A DNA stretch of 64,000 nt from an uncultured candidatus Porisulfidus sp. Its GTDB lineage: Bacteria > Pseudomonadota > Gammaproteobacteria > Poriferisulfidales > Poriferisulfidaceae. The position numbers were made by a program, and so were the translations under genes. The first letter of the stretch is position 1. Each line of letters starts with the position of its first letter. Where the stretch lies: NCBI GenBank assembly GCA_965199755.1, contig CBDASZ010000001.1, forward strand, positions 64,001 to 128,000, in the 5' to 3' direction. The notes under the pieces were generated by a model, which was given only the letters and a program-made list of their open reading frames with translations, was not told the DNA's origin and made no database searches. This document shows positions 1 through 10,525 of the stretch, in pieces.

Positions 1-1976
1 AGTTTGGCTCCGGCTGCGTCAAGATCACGCCAGCGCATGACTTCAACGACTATCAGGTCGGCCAACGTCACCAGTTGGAGTTGCTGAATATCTTCACTGA
101 TGACGCACATCTGAATGACACGGTGCCGTCAGCGTATCGCGGCCTGAGTCGGGAGGAAGCGCGCACGTGCGTGCTGGAAGATCTCGACGCGCAAGGCGCG
201 CTTGTGAAAACCGAAGCGCATCGGCTGATGATCCCGCGCGGCGATCGCAGCGGTGCCATCGTGGAGCCTTATCTGACCAATCAATGGTACGTCCGGGCGC
301 AGCCTCTGGCGGAACCGGCCATGGCGGCGGTGCGGGATGGCCGCATTCGTTTCGTGCCGGAAAACTGGAGCCGAACCTATTTCGACTGGATGAAAAACAT
401 CGAAGACTGGTGCATCAGCCGGCAGTTGTGGTGGGGACACCGCATTCCGGCCTGGTACGACGCCGACGGCACGCCCTACGTCGGGCGCACGGTCGAGGAG
501 GTACGCGAGCGCCACGAATTATCCGAAGAGATCGAACTGAGGCAGGATGAGGACGTGCTGGATACCTGGTTTTCTTCCGCGCTGTGGCCGTTCTCGACAC
601 TGGGCTGGCCGCAAGACACGGAAGCGTTGCGGCGGTTTTATCCGACCAGTACTTTGGTGACCGGCTTTGACATTATTTTCTTCTGGGTCGCGCGCATGAT
701 CATGATGGGCATGCACTTCGTCGGGGAGGTGCCGTTTCGCGAAGTCTATGTACACGGACTGGTGCGCGACGCGCACGGACAGAAGATGTCCAAATCCAAA
801 GGCAACACCATTGATCCGATTGATGCCATTGACGGCATTGAGCAAGATGCCCTGATCGCCAAGCGAATCGGCGATCTGATCGACCCACGCCAAAGCAAGG
901 CGGTGACGCGCAGTACGCGCCAGGAATTCCCGGACGGCTTCCCGGCCGCCGGCACCGATGCCCTGCGTTTCTGTTTCGCCACTCAGGCGACGTTCGGGCG
1001 TGATGTGCGCTTTGAACTCCCGCGCGTGCTCGGCTATCGCAACTTCTGCAACAAGTTATGGAACGCGGCACGCTTCGCCCTGCTGCAGACAGATATGCCG
1101 AACTCCGATGAGCTGGCGGAGCCGAGCCTGATTGATCGCTGGATCCGACACCGGATGCAGAGCGTGACGAATGAGACAACCGAGCATCTGGAAGCCTACC
1201 GCTTTGATCTGGCCGCGCAGACCCTGTACGACTTCGTCTGGCACGACTTCTGCGACTGGTACCTGGAGTTGAGCAAGGCACAATTGCAACCGGACGTCGC
1301 GCCTGGTATTCGTCAGCGCAGCCGCGCGACCGTCATGGAGACGCTGGAGAGCATTCTGCGTCTGCTGCACCCGTTTATTCCATTTATCACCGAGGAGTTG
1401 TATCAGCAGTTGCCAACAACGGACGGGAGTAAGGATACGTTTCTGATGCTGCAGGACTGGCCGCAGGCCGCCGCGGCTGAGGAAAACGCCGACGTGCTTG
1501 ACACCATCGCCTGGATGCAGGAATTTATCAGCGGCATTCGCCGCACGCGTGCGGAAATGAATGTGGCACCTGGACGCCCGGTGCCGGTGCTGCTGGAGGA
1601 CTGGAATGCCACAGATCAGCAGCGCTTCGAACAAACCGAGGTCTGGATCCAAAGTCTGGCGAAACCTGAATCAATCCACTGGGTGGCGGCGGGTGAACCC
1701 ATCCCGGACGCGGCCACGGCGCTGGTCGGCTCCATGCGCCTGTTGATTCCGATGGCGGATCTGATTGACCCCGATGCGGAGCGGCAGCGGCTGCAGAAAG
1801 AACTGAAGAAACTCGACGGCGTCCTGCAGACCGCGCGTGCGAAACTCGACAATCAGCAGTTTCTGGATCGCGCACCTGAAGCGGTGGTCGCCAAAGAAAA
1901 GCGCCGGCTGGAAGATACCGAAGCGGCACGCGCACAACTGGCGCAGCAGCTAGAGAAAATCGCCACGCTCGACTAG
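1..1976 (+). CDS. valS: Valine--tRNA ligase, 5' end outside the window
   Basis: Frame is open from the window edge (FGSGCVKITPAHDFND); DWCISRQLWWGHRIP, VLDTWFSS and KMSKS motifs; C-terminal coiled coil. Confidence 0.97.
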   Translation, partial: FGSGCVKITPAHDFNDYQVGQRHQLELLNIFTDDAHLNDTVPSAYRGLSREEARTCVLEDLDAQGALVKTEAHRLMIPRGDRSGAIVEPYLTNQWYVRAQPLAEPAMAAVRDGRIRFVPENWSRTYFDWMKNIEDWCISRQLWWGHRIPAWYDADGTPYVGRTVEEVRERHELSEEIELRQDEDVLDTWFSSALWPFSTLGWPQDTEALRRFYPTSTLVTGFDIIFFWVARMIMMGMHFVGEVPFREVYVHGLVRDAHGQKMSKSKGNTIDPIDAIDGIEQDALIAKRIGDLIDPRQSKAVTRSTRQEFPDGFPAAGTDALRFCFATQATFGRDVRFELPRVLGYRNFCNKLWNAARFALLQTDMPNSDELAEPSLIDRWIRHRMQSVTNETTEHLEAYRFDLAAQTLYDFVWHDFCDWYLELSKAQLQPDVAPGIRQRSRATVMETLESILRLLHPFIPFITEELYQQLPTTDGSKDTFLMLQDWPQAAAAEENADVLDTIAWMQEFISGIRRTRAEMNVAPGRPVPVLLEDWNATDQQRFEQTEVWIQSLAKPESIHWVAAGEPIPDAATALVGSMRLLIPMADLIDPDAERQRLQKELKKLDGVLQTARAKLDNQQFLDRAPEAVVAKEKRRLEDTEAARAQLAQQLEKIATLD

Positions 1977-1990
1977 GCGCGCGGGCGAGA

Positions 1991-3904
1991 TCAGATCAGG
2001 GTCAGACCCAGTACGCCTTCCATCTTCTCCGCAGTCTCGGACTTGCCGGTGCGGCTGTCGCCGACCAGAGCAATGGTGACATCCACTTCCGTCGGAGCTT
2101 CGTTCTCAAAGCGCGCGCGCTTCTCCAGCGCGATTTCCTTGACCAGTTCAATCAGACCCTCGGCCAGACGCTCCGGGGCGATCTGCTCGATTTCTTCTCG
2201 ATTAGCAAACCCGCAGCGCGTGACATCATCGTCGCTGGTCCCTTCATAGACCCCTGACATCAACTGGCTGTAGGCCACTCCGATGCGCATCTCTCTGCGC
2301 TCAATCAGTGCGTCGATGTCTTTGATGAAAGTCGCTTCAGTCTCGCTGAACAATTCGTACAGGTCTTCGTGCAGCACTTCGCCAGCATTGTCGACCAGCG
2401 TCGGGAACGGATTGGCCCAGTAACTGGACTCTTTCTTGCCGCGGTGCGTCTGGGTGCTGCCAGCCGCCACGCGCTCACCCTTGCGGAAGTGATCAAGCGC
2501 TTCCTGCGCGGTCATGTCGGTATCGATGGTCACGGCCCCTTCTTCCTTGATGTCGTAGTTATTCACATACAGCAAAACGTCCAGAATGCTGCCGGTCGCG
2601 ACCTCGGATTCCTCAGCCACCGGTACCACCTGACGGGCATTTGAGCCCATGTGGTTGTTGTAGCCGATCTCTCGCCCTTGCATGGCCAGTTTGGCTTGCT
2701 CGCTAAAGCCGTCCAGACAGGCGAATGCGCCGATTTCAGTGCCATAGAAGATGGGGCGGCGCAGCGTGGTGCCGTCAATGCGCTCCAGTGCCGCACGGCC
2801 CATGTCGTCAGCCTTCACCAGCATTTCCGTGATGTACGGCTCGTCGCCCTCAAAGTTGACGATGTAGCGGGTGCAACCGCAATGCAGCGGCAGATCGCCG
2901 CAGCGAATGGCCAGAACATTGTGCAAGGTCAAAATGGGTTTCTTGCAGTAGCCGAAATACTTGTACTCATCGTGATTCGGCACCATGCCAATCAGCAACT
3001 GGTTCTCTCGATCCCAGTAGTAGCCCAGATCTTCTCCGAACGTCGCGTTCGGGTCGCCGAAGAAATACAGACCGTCCGGGCGCAGCGCCGGAAACGCCTG
3101 CTCGACGTCGGCGAACGGAAACAGGTTCAGCAAGCCCGGCTCCATTTCAATGCAGCCACGCGACTTGTGGATGAATGCGATGATCAGCCAGCGGCCCACC
3201 TGTAGCGGCACCGACACCCAGTCCTCCGGGTTGAAGTGCTCCATGTGCAGCGGGTTGTGCGGCAGTTCGTAGAACGGATAGGCGCGGCGGTTGGCCGGTG
3301 TGCGGTAATCCACTCCGGTGCGAATATCCGCCGCCATCGTCAGCGGCACATGACACAGCAGACCGTAATCCGGCGGCATGTTGCAGTAGTGCCCGGAAAT
3401 CTCGCCGGCAGTCACGTTTGGCGAGGCGTCCATGCCGGGTGTGCGGCGTACGCCGTAACCTAAGCCGACCTGCGACAGCAGGCGGCGGCGCGTCTCCAGT
3501 ATCAGATCGGTCAACTCCGCGGCCTTCTCGGTGACCTTATCCTTGATGCTCTCCTGGTTTTCGGTGCCGGAACTGACCACTTCGTTCTGCAGGCGCACCA
3601 GACGCGAGTAACTCTTGTTGCGGAAATGGTGGAAGCCGCCGTCGACGAACTTAACTACGGAGCGGGCGCGTTCCAACTCCTCCGGCGCAAAATGATTGTT
3701 GTCAAGAATGGACGCAATGTCACGCAAAGTGATGTTGCGAATCATTTCCGCCTTGTGCTGGGCTTCCGACTGATTTTTCTCGCGGTGCAGCAAATCGGCG
3801 ACAAATTCTTCTTTGTAAATTTTCAGGTAGCGCGCAAAAGCAAGACTGCGAAGCAATTGCTCCGGCGTATTGCACCCATCACGAATCTCAAGAATACCTT
3901 CCAT
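1991..3904 (-). CDS. PEP carboxykinase-like P-loop protein with rearranged motif order
   Basis: Motifs YFGYCKKPILTLHN, LPLH, DDMG, YGTEIGAF, NAR, SYWANPF; Walker A GDSRTGKSE lies at the extreme C-terminus. Confidence 0.7.
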   Translation of the reverse strand: MEGILEIRDGCNTPEQLLRSLAFARYLKIYKEEFVADLLHREKNQSEAQHKAEMIRNITLRDIASILDNNHFAPEELERARSVVKFVDGGFHHFRNKSYSRLVRLQNEVVSSGTENQESIKDKVTEKAAELTDLILETRRRLLSQVGLGYGVRRTPGMDASPNVTAGEISGHYCNMPPDYGLLCHVPLTMAADIRTGVDYRTPANRRAYPFYELPHNPLHMEHFNPEDWVSVPLQVGRWLIIAFIHKSRGCIEMEPGLLNLFPFADVEQAFPALRPDGLYFFGDPNATFGEDLGYYWDRENQLLIGMVPNHDEYKYFGYCKKPILTLHNVLAIRCGDLPLHCGCTRYIVNFEGDEPYITEMLVKADDMGRAALERIDGTTLRRPIFYGTEIGAFACLDGFSEQAKLAMQGREIGYNNHMGSNARQVVPVAEESEVATGSILDVLLYVNNYDIKEEGAVTIDTDMTAQEALDHFRKGERVAAGSTQTHRGKKESSYWANPFPTLVDNAGEVLHEDLYELFSETEATFIKDIDALIERREMRIGVAYSQLMSGVYEGTSDDDVTRCGFANREEIEQIAPERLAEGLIELVKEIALEKRARFENEAPTEVDVTIALVGDSRTGKSETAEKMEGVLGLTLI

Positions 3905-4035
3905 TTAATAGCTCTCTACTGTCTCAGCAGTATCAAATACGGAAGCGCAATTTTACTCTATGGCATATATGCGGGTTATGACACCCGGAAAGCGAAGTAT
4001 TTTTGGGTGCGTGGCATCCGCGCCGCGCCGCTCAC

Positions 4036-5493
4036 TCAGGCGTGATGCGCTCCGGGGTCGTGCTCATACACCGGATGCGCTGTTTCTTCCTCGCTGAGAG
4101 TCATGCCCAGCATGCGCCCGACGAAATAGACCAGCAACCCGGTCGCAAATCCGCCCAGACCTTCGTAGAATCTGCCCAGCTGGGGCACCGTGAGCCACAG
4201 CAACACAAACACCGCGCCCGACAGCGCCATGGCGATCACCAGCGCCTGATTCGGTCGCCCGCCTAAAGAATAAACCAGCAGCAAGGGCGTAAATACCGAG
4301 CCCATCACAGACCACGCCATAATCACCAGAGAAAATACGCTTTTGCTCCCGGACAACGCGATACCGAGCGCGATGAGCGTGATGATGACGGTGCCGGTTC
4401 GCACCACAATCAGCGGCAGACGATCGCTCGGAACCAGATCATCAGTCAGGTTGGCCGCGCTGCTGAGGATCAGTGAGTCGGCGGTCGAAATCGTGGCCGC
4501 AAAAATACCCGCCAGCACTATCCCGACCAGAACCGGTGGAAGCAGGTCAACCGAAATGGTCGCCAGGGCCAGTTCGGCGTCAAACAGGACATCCGGCGGC
4601 AGCAGCACGCGCGTCATCAGACCCACGGCCATGGCCACACAATTGAAAGTGAGCGACCAGCCATAGTAATAGGCGCGCGCTTTATTGATGTTCTTCACGT
4701 CATCCAGAGCCATGAAGCGCACCATGATGTGCGGCTGGCCGGGCGTACAGAACCCGCCTATGAACCAGCCGCCTGCGAACAGCACCGGTCCCCAGGCACC
4801 AAACGGAAGATCCGGCTGGAACCAGTCCATGTGCGTTGGAGAGACCGCTTCAAGGCGCTCCCATGCCGCTGCCACACCACCGAGCGCATCGAAAGCCATG
4901 TACACCAGCAACAACATCGACAGCATCATGATGATGGACTGCAGCGCATCCGTCCAGATGGACGCGCGCAAACCGCCGCCCCAGCAATAACTGATGATGA
5001 TGGCCGCACCAATGACGGCACCAACATACGTCTCCCAGCCAAACAACACATGCAGCGCCTTGCTGCCAGCCACAAACTGCGCAGCCGCGTAGGTGCACAG
5101 GAAAATCAGTGAGATAAATCCGGCGATATGCCGGTAGAGCCGAAAATCCGTGTTGTTCCAGTGACTGAGCACGCCGACGAAGGTCTCGGCGCGTCCGGGC
5201 GAAGTCGCACTGCGCAGACGCCGGTGAATAATGGTGGATGCCATGTAATCGCCAAACGTCCAGCCGATGACCAGCCAGAAGGTCGGCAAGCCGACCAGAT
5301 AGGAAAATCCGATCAGCCCGGTGAACATGAAGCCGCTGTTGCAGGTCGCGCCTGCTGACAAGCCAGCCAGCCACGGTGCGGTATCCTGATTCGACAGCAG
5401 ATAGTCTCGATGCGTGTGGCGGGAATGCAACCGAGCGGTGAACCCGACTAGCAAGAACAGCCCAAGAAAGAACAGGAACGAAGCGACAATCAT
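4036..5493 (-). CDS. Sodium:solute symporter (PutP-like, proline)
   Basis: 485-aa polytopic membrane protein with GGLRASIWTD, GQPHIMVRFMA and AATISTADS SSS motifs. Confidence 0.88.
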   Translation of the reverse strand: MIVASFLFFLGLFLLVGFTARLHSRHTHRDYLLSNQDTAPWLAGLSAGATCNSGFMFTGLIGFSYLVGLPTFWLVIGWTFGDYMASTIIHRRLRSATSPGRAETFVGVLSHWNNTDFRLYRHIAGFISLIFLCTYAAAQFVAGSKALHVLFGWETYVGAVIGAAIIISYCWGGGLRASIWTDALQSIIMMLSMLLLVYMAFDALGGVAAAWERLEAVSPTHMDWFQPDLPFGAWGPVLFAGGWFIGGFCTPGQPHIMVRFMALDDVKNINKARAYYYGWSLTFNCVAMAVGLMTRVLLPPDVLFDAELALATISVDLLPPVLVGIVLAGIFAATISTADSLILSSAANLTDDLVPSDRLPLIVVRTGTVIITLIALGIALSGSKSVFSLVIMAWSVMGSVFTPLLLVYSLGGRPNQALVIAMALSGAVFVLLWLTVPQLGRFYEGLGGFATGLLVYFVGRMLGMTLSEEETAHPVYEHDPGAHHA

Positions 5494-5796
5494 TTCAGGC
5501 GGGACAGCGCACGAGCACAGTCACTGCTTTCATTTTATATTACTGGCGCGCATGTGCAGCAGATACAGTGTCGCCACGGTGGAGAGCAGGAAGAAGATGC
5601 CCGGCCATTTCGCTGCGCGCCGCCGGCTGAAATGAAGAAAGGCCTATTTATGAAGATATCCAAAAGCGAGTTGAAAAAGCATTGACGCACCGGTCAAAAA
5701 CGTGTTGTGTGACAGATTTGAGATGAGTCCTATACTGCTATAACCGTGTAAATGACAATAAAAAATAACTAAATCTATCTAAAATTCACTAATTTT

Positions 5797-7131
5797 CTAC
5801 TTTCCGATACAAAATCTTGAGAAAATCTCGCCCAAAAGATTCTCATTGCTAAACTCCCCGGTGACGCGCGAGAGCGCCTGCTGCGCGAGGCGCAATTCTT
5901 CCGCGATCAACTCACCTCCCTGCGCCTGTCTCGCGCGCTGCAAAGCCTCGCGCATTTCGCTGAAGGCCGCGTACTGGCGCTGGCTTACCATAAACTCATC
6001 TTCTTCCAGCCCTTCTTCGAGCAGCAGCGCCGCGCCGATGCGTTGCGTGAGTTCCGGGATGCCCTCACCAGTCTTCGCGGACACGCGGCACACCTCCTGC
6101 GGACCGGAAATGGAAGCGTCATCTTCTAACAAGTCGCATTTGTTCGCGAGCACCAGCGCCGGACAATCTGCCGGCAACTGCTGTGTAATGGCTTCGTCTG
6201 CTTGACCCCAGCCCACTGCGGCATCGAAGACCTGCAGGATCAGATCCGCTTCAGACGCCATCTGCCAGCTGCGGCGGACACCTTCGGCTTCCGCCTCACC
6301 TTCGGTGTCCCGAATCCCCGCGGTGTCCAGCAGACGCACCGCAATGCCATTGAACTGCAACGGCGCGACCAGCACATCGCGAGTGGTCCCCGCTTGCGTC
6401 GTGACAATCGCCGTCTCATCGCCAGTGAAATGATTGAGCAGACTAGACTTGCCAGCGTTCGGCGGCCCCAGCAATACCAAAGACACGCCCGCGCTGACCG
6501 TGCGCCCCTGTTGGGCGCGCTGCAATAGACGCTCGGCGCTGTCACACACCGCATCCAATGGCTCACGCACGCCACCTTCCGCCAGCCAGTCCACATCCTC
6601 GTCCGGGAAGTCCAGCGCTCCTTCAACATAGACGCGAATATCTACAATTTGCTGCAAGATAATGCTTATTTCCTGTGAAATATCGCCTTTTAGCACTCTT
6701 GCCGCGCATTTTGCCGCACGTTCAGAGGTCGCGGCGATCAGATCCGCGATGGCCTGCGCCTGATTCAAGTCACACTTGCCCGCTTCAAAGCCGCGACGGC
6801 TGAACTCGCCTGGTTCCGCCGGCCGCGCGCCGAGGTTCTGTATCTGCCGCAATAGCGACTGCACCACCGCCGGCGCGCCATGACAGGAAATCTCCAGCAC
6901 ATCCTCACCGGTCGCCGAGGCCGGAGCCGGATAGAACGTTAGCACCCCCTGATCAAGCGCATTGCCACTTTCATCGTGCAGCATCCGCAGGCAGGCATAG
7001 CGTGGTGGCGGCATCTCGCCGCAGAAATGCTGTGCCAGATTTGAAGATTCGGGACCGCTGATGCGAATCACCGCCAGCGCACCCCGCCCAGGCGGAGTGG
7101 ACAATGCGACGATCGTGTCGCCGGCCATCAC
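5797..7131 (-). CDS. mnmE: tRNA modification GTPase MnmE
   Basis: DTIVALSTPPG, GPPNAGKSS, GTTRD, DTAG, NKCD, terminal FCIGK. Confidence 0.97.
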   Translation of the reverse strand: MMAGDTIVALSTPPGRGALAVIRISGPESSNLAQHFCGEMPPPRYACLRMLHDESGNALDQGVLTFYPAPASATGEDVLEISCHGAPAVVQSLLRQIQNLGARPAEPGEFSRRGFEAGKCDLNQAQAIADLIAATSERAAKCAARVLKGDISQEISIILQQIVDIRVYVEGALDFPDEDVDWLAEGGVREPLDAVCDSAERLLQRAQQGRTVSAGVSLVLLGPPNAGKSSLLNHFTGDETAIVTTQAGTTRDVLVAPLQFNGIAVRLLDTAGIRDTEGEAEAEGVRRSWQMASEADLILQVFDAAVGWGQADEAITQQLPADCPALVLANKCDLLEDDASISGPQEVCRVSAKTGEGIPELTQRIGAALLLEEGLEEDEFMVSQRQYAAFSEMREALQRARQAQGGELIAEELRLAQQALSRVTGEFSNENLLGEIFSRFCIGK

Positions 7132-7144
7132 GCAACCGCAGCCG

Positions 7145-8854
7145 TCAGGCTTGCATGCTCCGAATGATGTACCACTGCTGGGCGATCGACAGGATGTTAT
7201 TGGCCAGCCAGTACAGCACCAGACCCGCGGGGAAGAACAGGAAGAACACGGTGAAGACGATGGGCATCGCCATCATCAGCTTGGCTTGAAAGGGATCCGG
7301 CGGCGTCGGGTTGAGTTTGGTCTGCACAATCATGCTCGCGCCCATCAACACAGGCAGCACGTAATACGGATCGCGCACCGACAAGTCGGCAATCCAGCCG
7401 ATAAACGGTGCCTGACGCAATTCCACGCTTTCCAGCAGCACCCAGTACAGCGCGATGAACACCGGGATCTGCACCAGAATCGGCCAGCAGCCACCGAGCG
7501 GGTTGACCTTTTCCTCCCGGTACATTTTCATCATCGCCTCGTTCATTTTCTGGCGATCACCGGAATAGCGATCGCGCAGTTGCTGGACGCGCGGCGCGAA
7601 CTTGCGCATCTTCGCCATGGAACGATAGCTTTTCTCTGAAAGCTTGTAAAACACCAGTTTGATGAGCAGGGTCAGAAAGATAATCGACCAGCCCCAGTTG
7701 CCCAGCACCGAATACAGGTGATCCATCACCCAGAACAGCGGCTTGGACAGTACGGTCAGAATGCCGTAATCGACGGTCAGATCCAGTCCGTCGGCTACCT
7801 CCTCGAGCACGTTTTGTTCTTTCGGGCCGATGTACAGGAGCGACTCGAAACGGGCGCTTCCGCCCGGTGTGACGCGCTGCGCCGGTGAGTGCAGGCCAAT
7901 GATGTATTCCGGGTAGCGATCGGTGCGCACCACGCGCGTGTAATAGTGCTCTACAGATTCAGTATCCGGCACCCAGGCGGAGACAAAATAATGCTGCAGC
8001 ATGGCCACCCAGCCACCACTAAGGTCCGCAGACAAGGGCTGCTCGGAGACATCCTCAAAAGATAGTTTGTGGTAGGTGTTGGTGTCGAAGTAGGCCGCGC
8101 CGCGAAACGAGATCGCCTCGGTGTTGCCAAACAACAGTGAGGCCCGGCCCGGTTCTCTGCCGCTGCTGCGGCGCAACTGTCGATACTGGCGGCCGACCCA
8201 TTCCTCGTTGCCGTCGTTGCGAACTTCATGGGCGACTTCCACCAGATGACTGCCTGGAGTGAAGCGAAAATGCTTGAGCACCTGCACGCCATCCTCACTC
8301 TCCCAGCGCAAACTCACTTGTTGCGGCCGGTCAGAATCGCTGAAGTCATACTCCGTGCGATCGCTGCGATATTCGGCATGGTGGCTGGGCGCGCGATGGC
8401 GCTGATCCTGTCCGTCGCTGAGGTCGTGCGTCAATCCACTTTGTGCGACGTAGTTCTCACCGCCCACATACATCAGGCGGGTAGGGTTGTCTGGCTCATC
8501 CAGCGATACCGGATACTTCAGCAGATCAACTTGCACAACGCTGCCGCCGCGGGTGTCGAGATACATGTCCAGCACATCAGTGCGCACCCGAACCTGCGTC
8601 GAACGCGACGCAAAGTCAGGCGTCTGGCCGGGCACATCGGTTGCTCTCGGAGCCGCCTGTCTGGCTTTAGGCATATCGTCGCTCGGCGTTGGTTCCGCGC
8701 GGGCCGAGGACGGAGGGCTGTCAGGTGACGTCGACGTGGCGGCCGGCGGCACTTCGGTGATTTGCGGCGGCATCTGTTCCAGCTCCCAGGTCTGCCACAC
8801 CAGAAACAGCAGGATGCCCAGCGCGCCGTACAAAAACAGGCGGGAATCAACCAT
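7145..8854 (-). CDS. yidC: Membrane protein insertase YidC
   Basis: [23 protein letters not shown]; position in the rpmH-rnpA-yidD-yidC-mnmE cluster; start taken at MVDSRL. Confidence 0.96.
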   Translation of the reverse strand: MVDSRLFLYGALGILLFLVWQTWELEQMPPQITEVPPAATSTSPDSPPSSARAEPTPSDDMPKARQAAPRATDVPGQTPDFASRSTQVRVRTDVLDMYLDTRGGSVVQVDLLKYPVSLDEPDNPTRLMYVGGENYVAQSGLTHDLSDGQDQRHRAPSHHAEYRSDRTEYDFSDSDRPQQVSLRWESEDGVQVLKHFRFTPGSHLVEVAHEVRNDGNEEWVGRQYRQLRRSSGREPGRASLLFGNTEAISFRGAAYFDTNTYHKLSFEDVSEQPLSADLSGGWVAMLQHYFVSAWVPDTESVEHYYTRVVRTDRYPEYIIGLHSPAQRVTPGGSARFESLLYIGPKEQNVLEEVADGLDLTVDYGILTVLSKPLFWVMDHLYSVLGNWGWSIIFLTLLIKLVFYKLSEKSYRSMAKMRKFAPRVQQLRDRYSGDRQKMNEAMMKMYREEKVNPLGGCWPILVQIPVFIALYWVLLESVELRQAPFIGWIADLSVRDPYYVLPVLMGASMIVQTKLNPTPPDPFQAKLMMAMPIVFTVFFLFFPAGLVLYWLANNILSIAQQWYIIRSMQA

Positions 8855-9095
8855 GCGACTGCTCCCGCTCCGGCACCGGGTCATATCCACCTTCACGCCA
8901 CGGATGACAGCGCGACAAGCGGCGCAAGCTCAGCACTATGCCGCGCCAAGGCCCATGCTCGCGCAAGGCCTCAATAGCATATTGAGAGCAGGTCGGCGTG
9001 AACCGGCAGTGCTGGCCCAGAAAAGGGCTGAGCGTGTACTGGTACACGCGAATCAGGGCAATCAGGATTCTGCTCACGGGCCTATCTTGCGCCAC
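8847..9095 (-). CDS. yidD: Membrane protein insertion efficiency factor YidD
   Basis: [11 protein letters not shown] and RCHPW..GG.DPVP motifs. Confidence 0.95.
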   Translation of the reverse strand: MAQDRPVSRILIALIRVYQYTLSPFLGQHCRFTPTCSQYAIEALREHGPWRGIVLSLRRLSRCHPWREGGYDPVPEREQSHG

Positions 9096-9454
9096 AAGTG
9101 CTCAAGATCGGCACGCACGGCCCGACGATCCAGCGGCTGGCGGACGCCATGACGGCAACCGACGATCAGATCTACGCCGACGGGCGGGTCCAGGCGAAAG
9201 CACTCGCGCACCAGTCGCTTGAACAGATTGCGCGCCACACTTCGAGACAGCGCGCGCTTCGAGACCGCAAGTCCCAGACGCGCATGCGGCAAGCCATTGG
9301 CCACCCAGAGACAGTAAGCAAAACGCCCTTGGGCGCGTTTGACATCACGGTGGCGGTGAACATGCTGGAACTGGCGCGGCTGAGTCAGCCGGAGATGGCG
9401 CGTAAAGCAGTGTCGCCCAGAGCGCTCCTGAGGCTCAGGGACAGAGTCGCGCAC
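9074..9454 (-). CDS. rnpA: Ribonuclease P protein component (start uncertain)
   Basis: [22 protein letters not shown] motif; lies between rpmH and yidD. Confidence 0.88.
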   Translation of the reverse strand: MRDSVPEPQERSGRHCFTRHLRLTQPRQFQHVHRHRDVKRAQGRFAYCLWVANGLPHARLGLAVSKRALSRSVARNLFKRLVRECFRLDPPVGVDLIVGCRHGVRQPLDRRAVRADLEHLWRKIGP

Positions 9455-9569
9455 GGCCGCGGCGGCGCCGGGCATTGAGCACAGCGCGTCCGGCCCGTGT
9501 CCGCATACGGGCACGAAATCCGTGCGTGCGCTTGCGGCGCAAATTGTTGGGCTGAAAGGTTCTTTTCAT
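9435..9569 (-). CDS. rpmH: 50S ribosomal protein L34 (absent from the ORF track)
   Basis: Manual translation: [44 protein letters not shown]. Confidence 0.97.
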   Translation of the reverse strand: MKRTFQPNNLRRKRTHGFRARMRTRAGRAVLNARRRRGRARLCP

Positions 9570-9690
9570 GGCTGGGAGGCAAGCGGGTGCGCCAGTTTAG
9601 AGAAAAGCCCGCCTATTGTCAAATTAAGGGGCTGTCAGTTCCCCATTATTCCCTACAATAATCACCTCAACTGCACCCCGCAACCCTGCC

Positions 9691-10059
9691 ATGAGCGAGA
9701 CCTTCTACAGCCCAGATCACCTGTGGCTGCGCCTTGAAGACGACGGCGCTATCGTCGGCATAACCGACTACGCCCAGGAACAACTTGGCGACATCATGTT
9801 TGTCGAGATGCCGCAACCCGGCGCAGTGATCACTGACGAACAGTCATTCGGGGTGATTGAATCCGTGAAGACCGCGTCTGATTTGATTGCGCCAGCCAGC
9901 GGTGCCGTGGTGGAAGTCAATGAAGCGCTGCGGGAGACCCCATGGCTGGTCAACGAGTCGCCGATGGGGGAGGGCTGGATTCTGAAGATTCGCGGCGAGA
10001 ACCTGAACGACTCACCCAGACTGATGGACGCGGAAACGTATCAGCGACTGATCGGATAG
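9691..10059 (+). CDS. gcvH: Glycine cleavage system H protein
   Basis: VGITDYAQEQLGD, lipoyl site ESVKTAS, VNESPMGEGW. Confidence 0.93.
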   Translation: MSETFYSPDHLWLRLEDDGAIVGITDYAQEQLGDIMFVEMPQPGAVITDEQSFGVIESVKTASDLIAPASGAVVEVNEALRETPWLVNESPMGEGWILKIRGENLNDSPRLMDAETYQRLIG

Positions 10060-10063
10060 CCGC

Positions 10064-10405
10064 TCACAGATAGTGGCGGCGATAGGCGCGCCGGGTGCCG
10101 GCACGCTGAACGACAACGCCAATAATTTCCGGCGGCGCGTCCAACTCAATCGACGGATAGCCCGGATTGACTGGCTGCAGCCAGTGCCGCTCCCCCTCAC
10201 ACTGGTATTGCCGAAAGATCGGATCCCCATCCACCCGCGCCACCACATACGTGCCGGGTCGCGCATCCGCAGCCGGATCCACGATCACAATGCAGCCGTC
10301 AGCGAACTCCGGCTCCATGCTGTCGCCCAACACGCGGAGCGCATACGGCTCGTGATCCGCGCAACCGGGCTCTTCCAGAATGGGATTGTCGATTTTGTCA
10401 CCCAT
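10064..10405 (-). CDS. Stand-alone S24/LexA-type peptidase domain protein
   Basis: ALRVLGDSMEPEF..G..VIVDP and LQPVNPGY; no HTH domain; start taken at MGDKID. Confidence 0.8.
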   Translation of the reverse strand: MGDKIDNPILEEPGCADHEPYALRVLGDSMEPEFADGCIVIVDPAADARPGTYVVARVDGDPIFRQYQCEGERHWLQPVNPGYPSIELDAPPEIIGVVVQRAGTRRAYRRHYL

Positions 10406-10525
10406 GAATCTGCCTTGATAACAGGCTTTATCCACCTCTTCATTGTAAGGAATGGAGCATCCTGTCGCAGTGGCCAATTCCGGCAGTCCATTAGAATAAG
10501 CCCCATATAGAGACACGTCTGACTC

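Noticed and set aside
5636-5796. AT-rich tract downstream of mnmE as a possible oriC
   Set aside because: No DnaA box cluster seen, and neither dnaA nor gidA is adjacent
10428-10436. TTATCCACC, a near-match DnaA box
   Set aside because: A single imperfect site is not enough evidence
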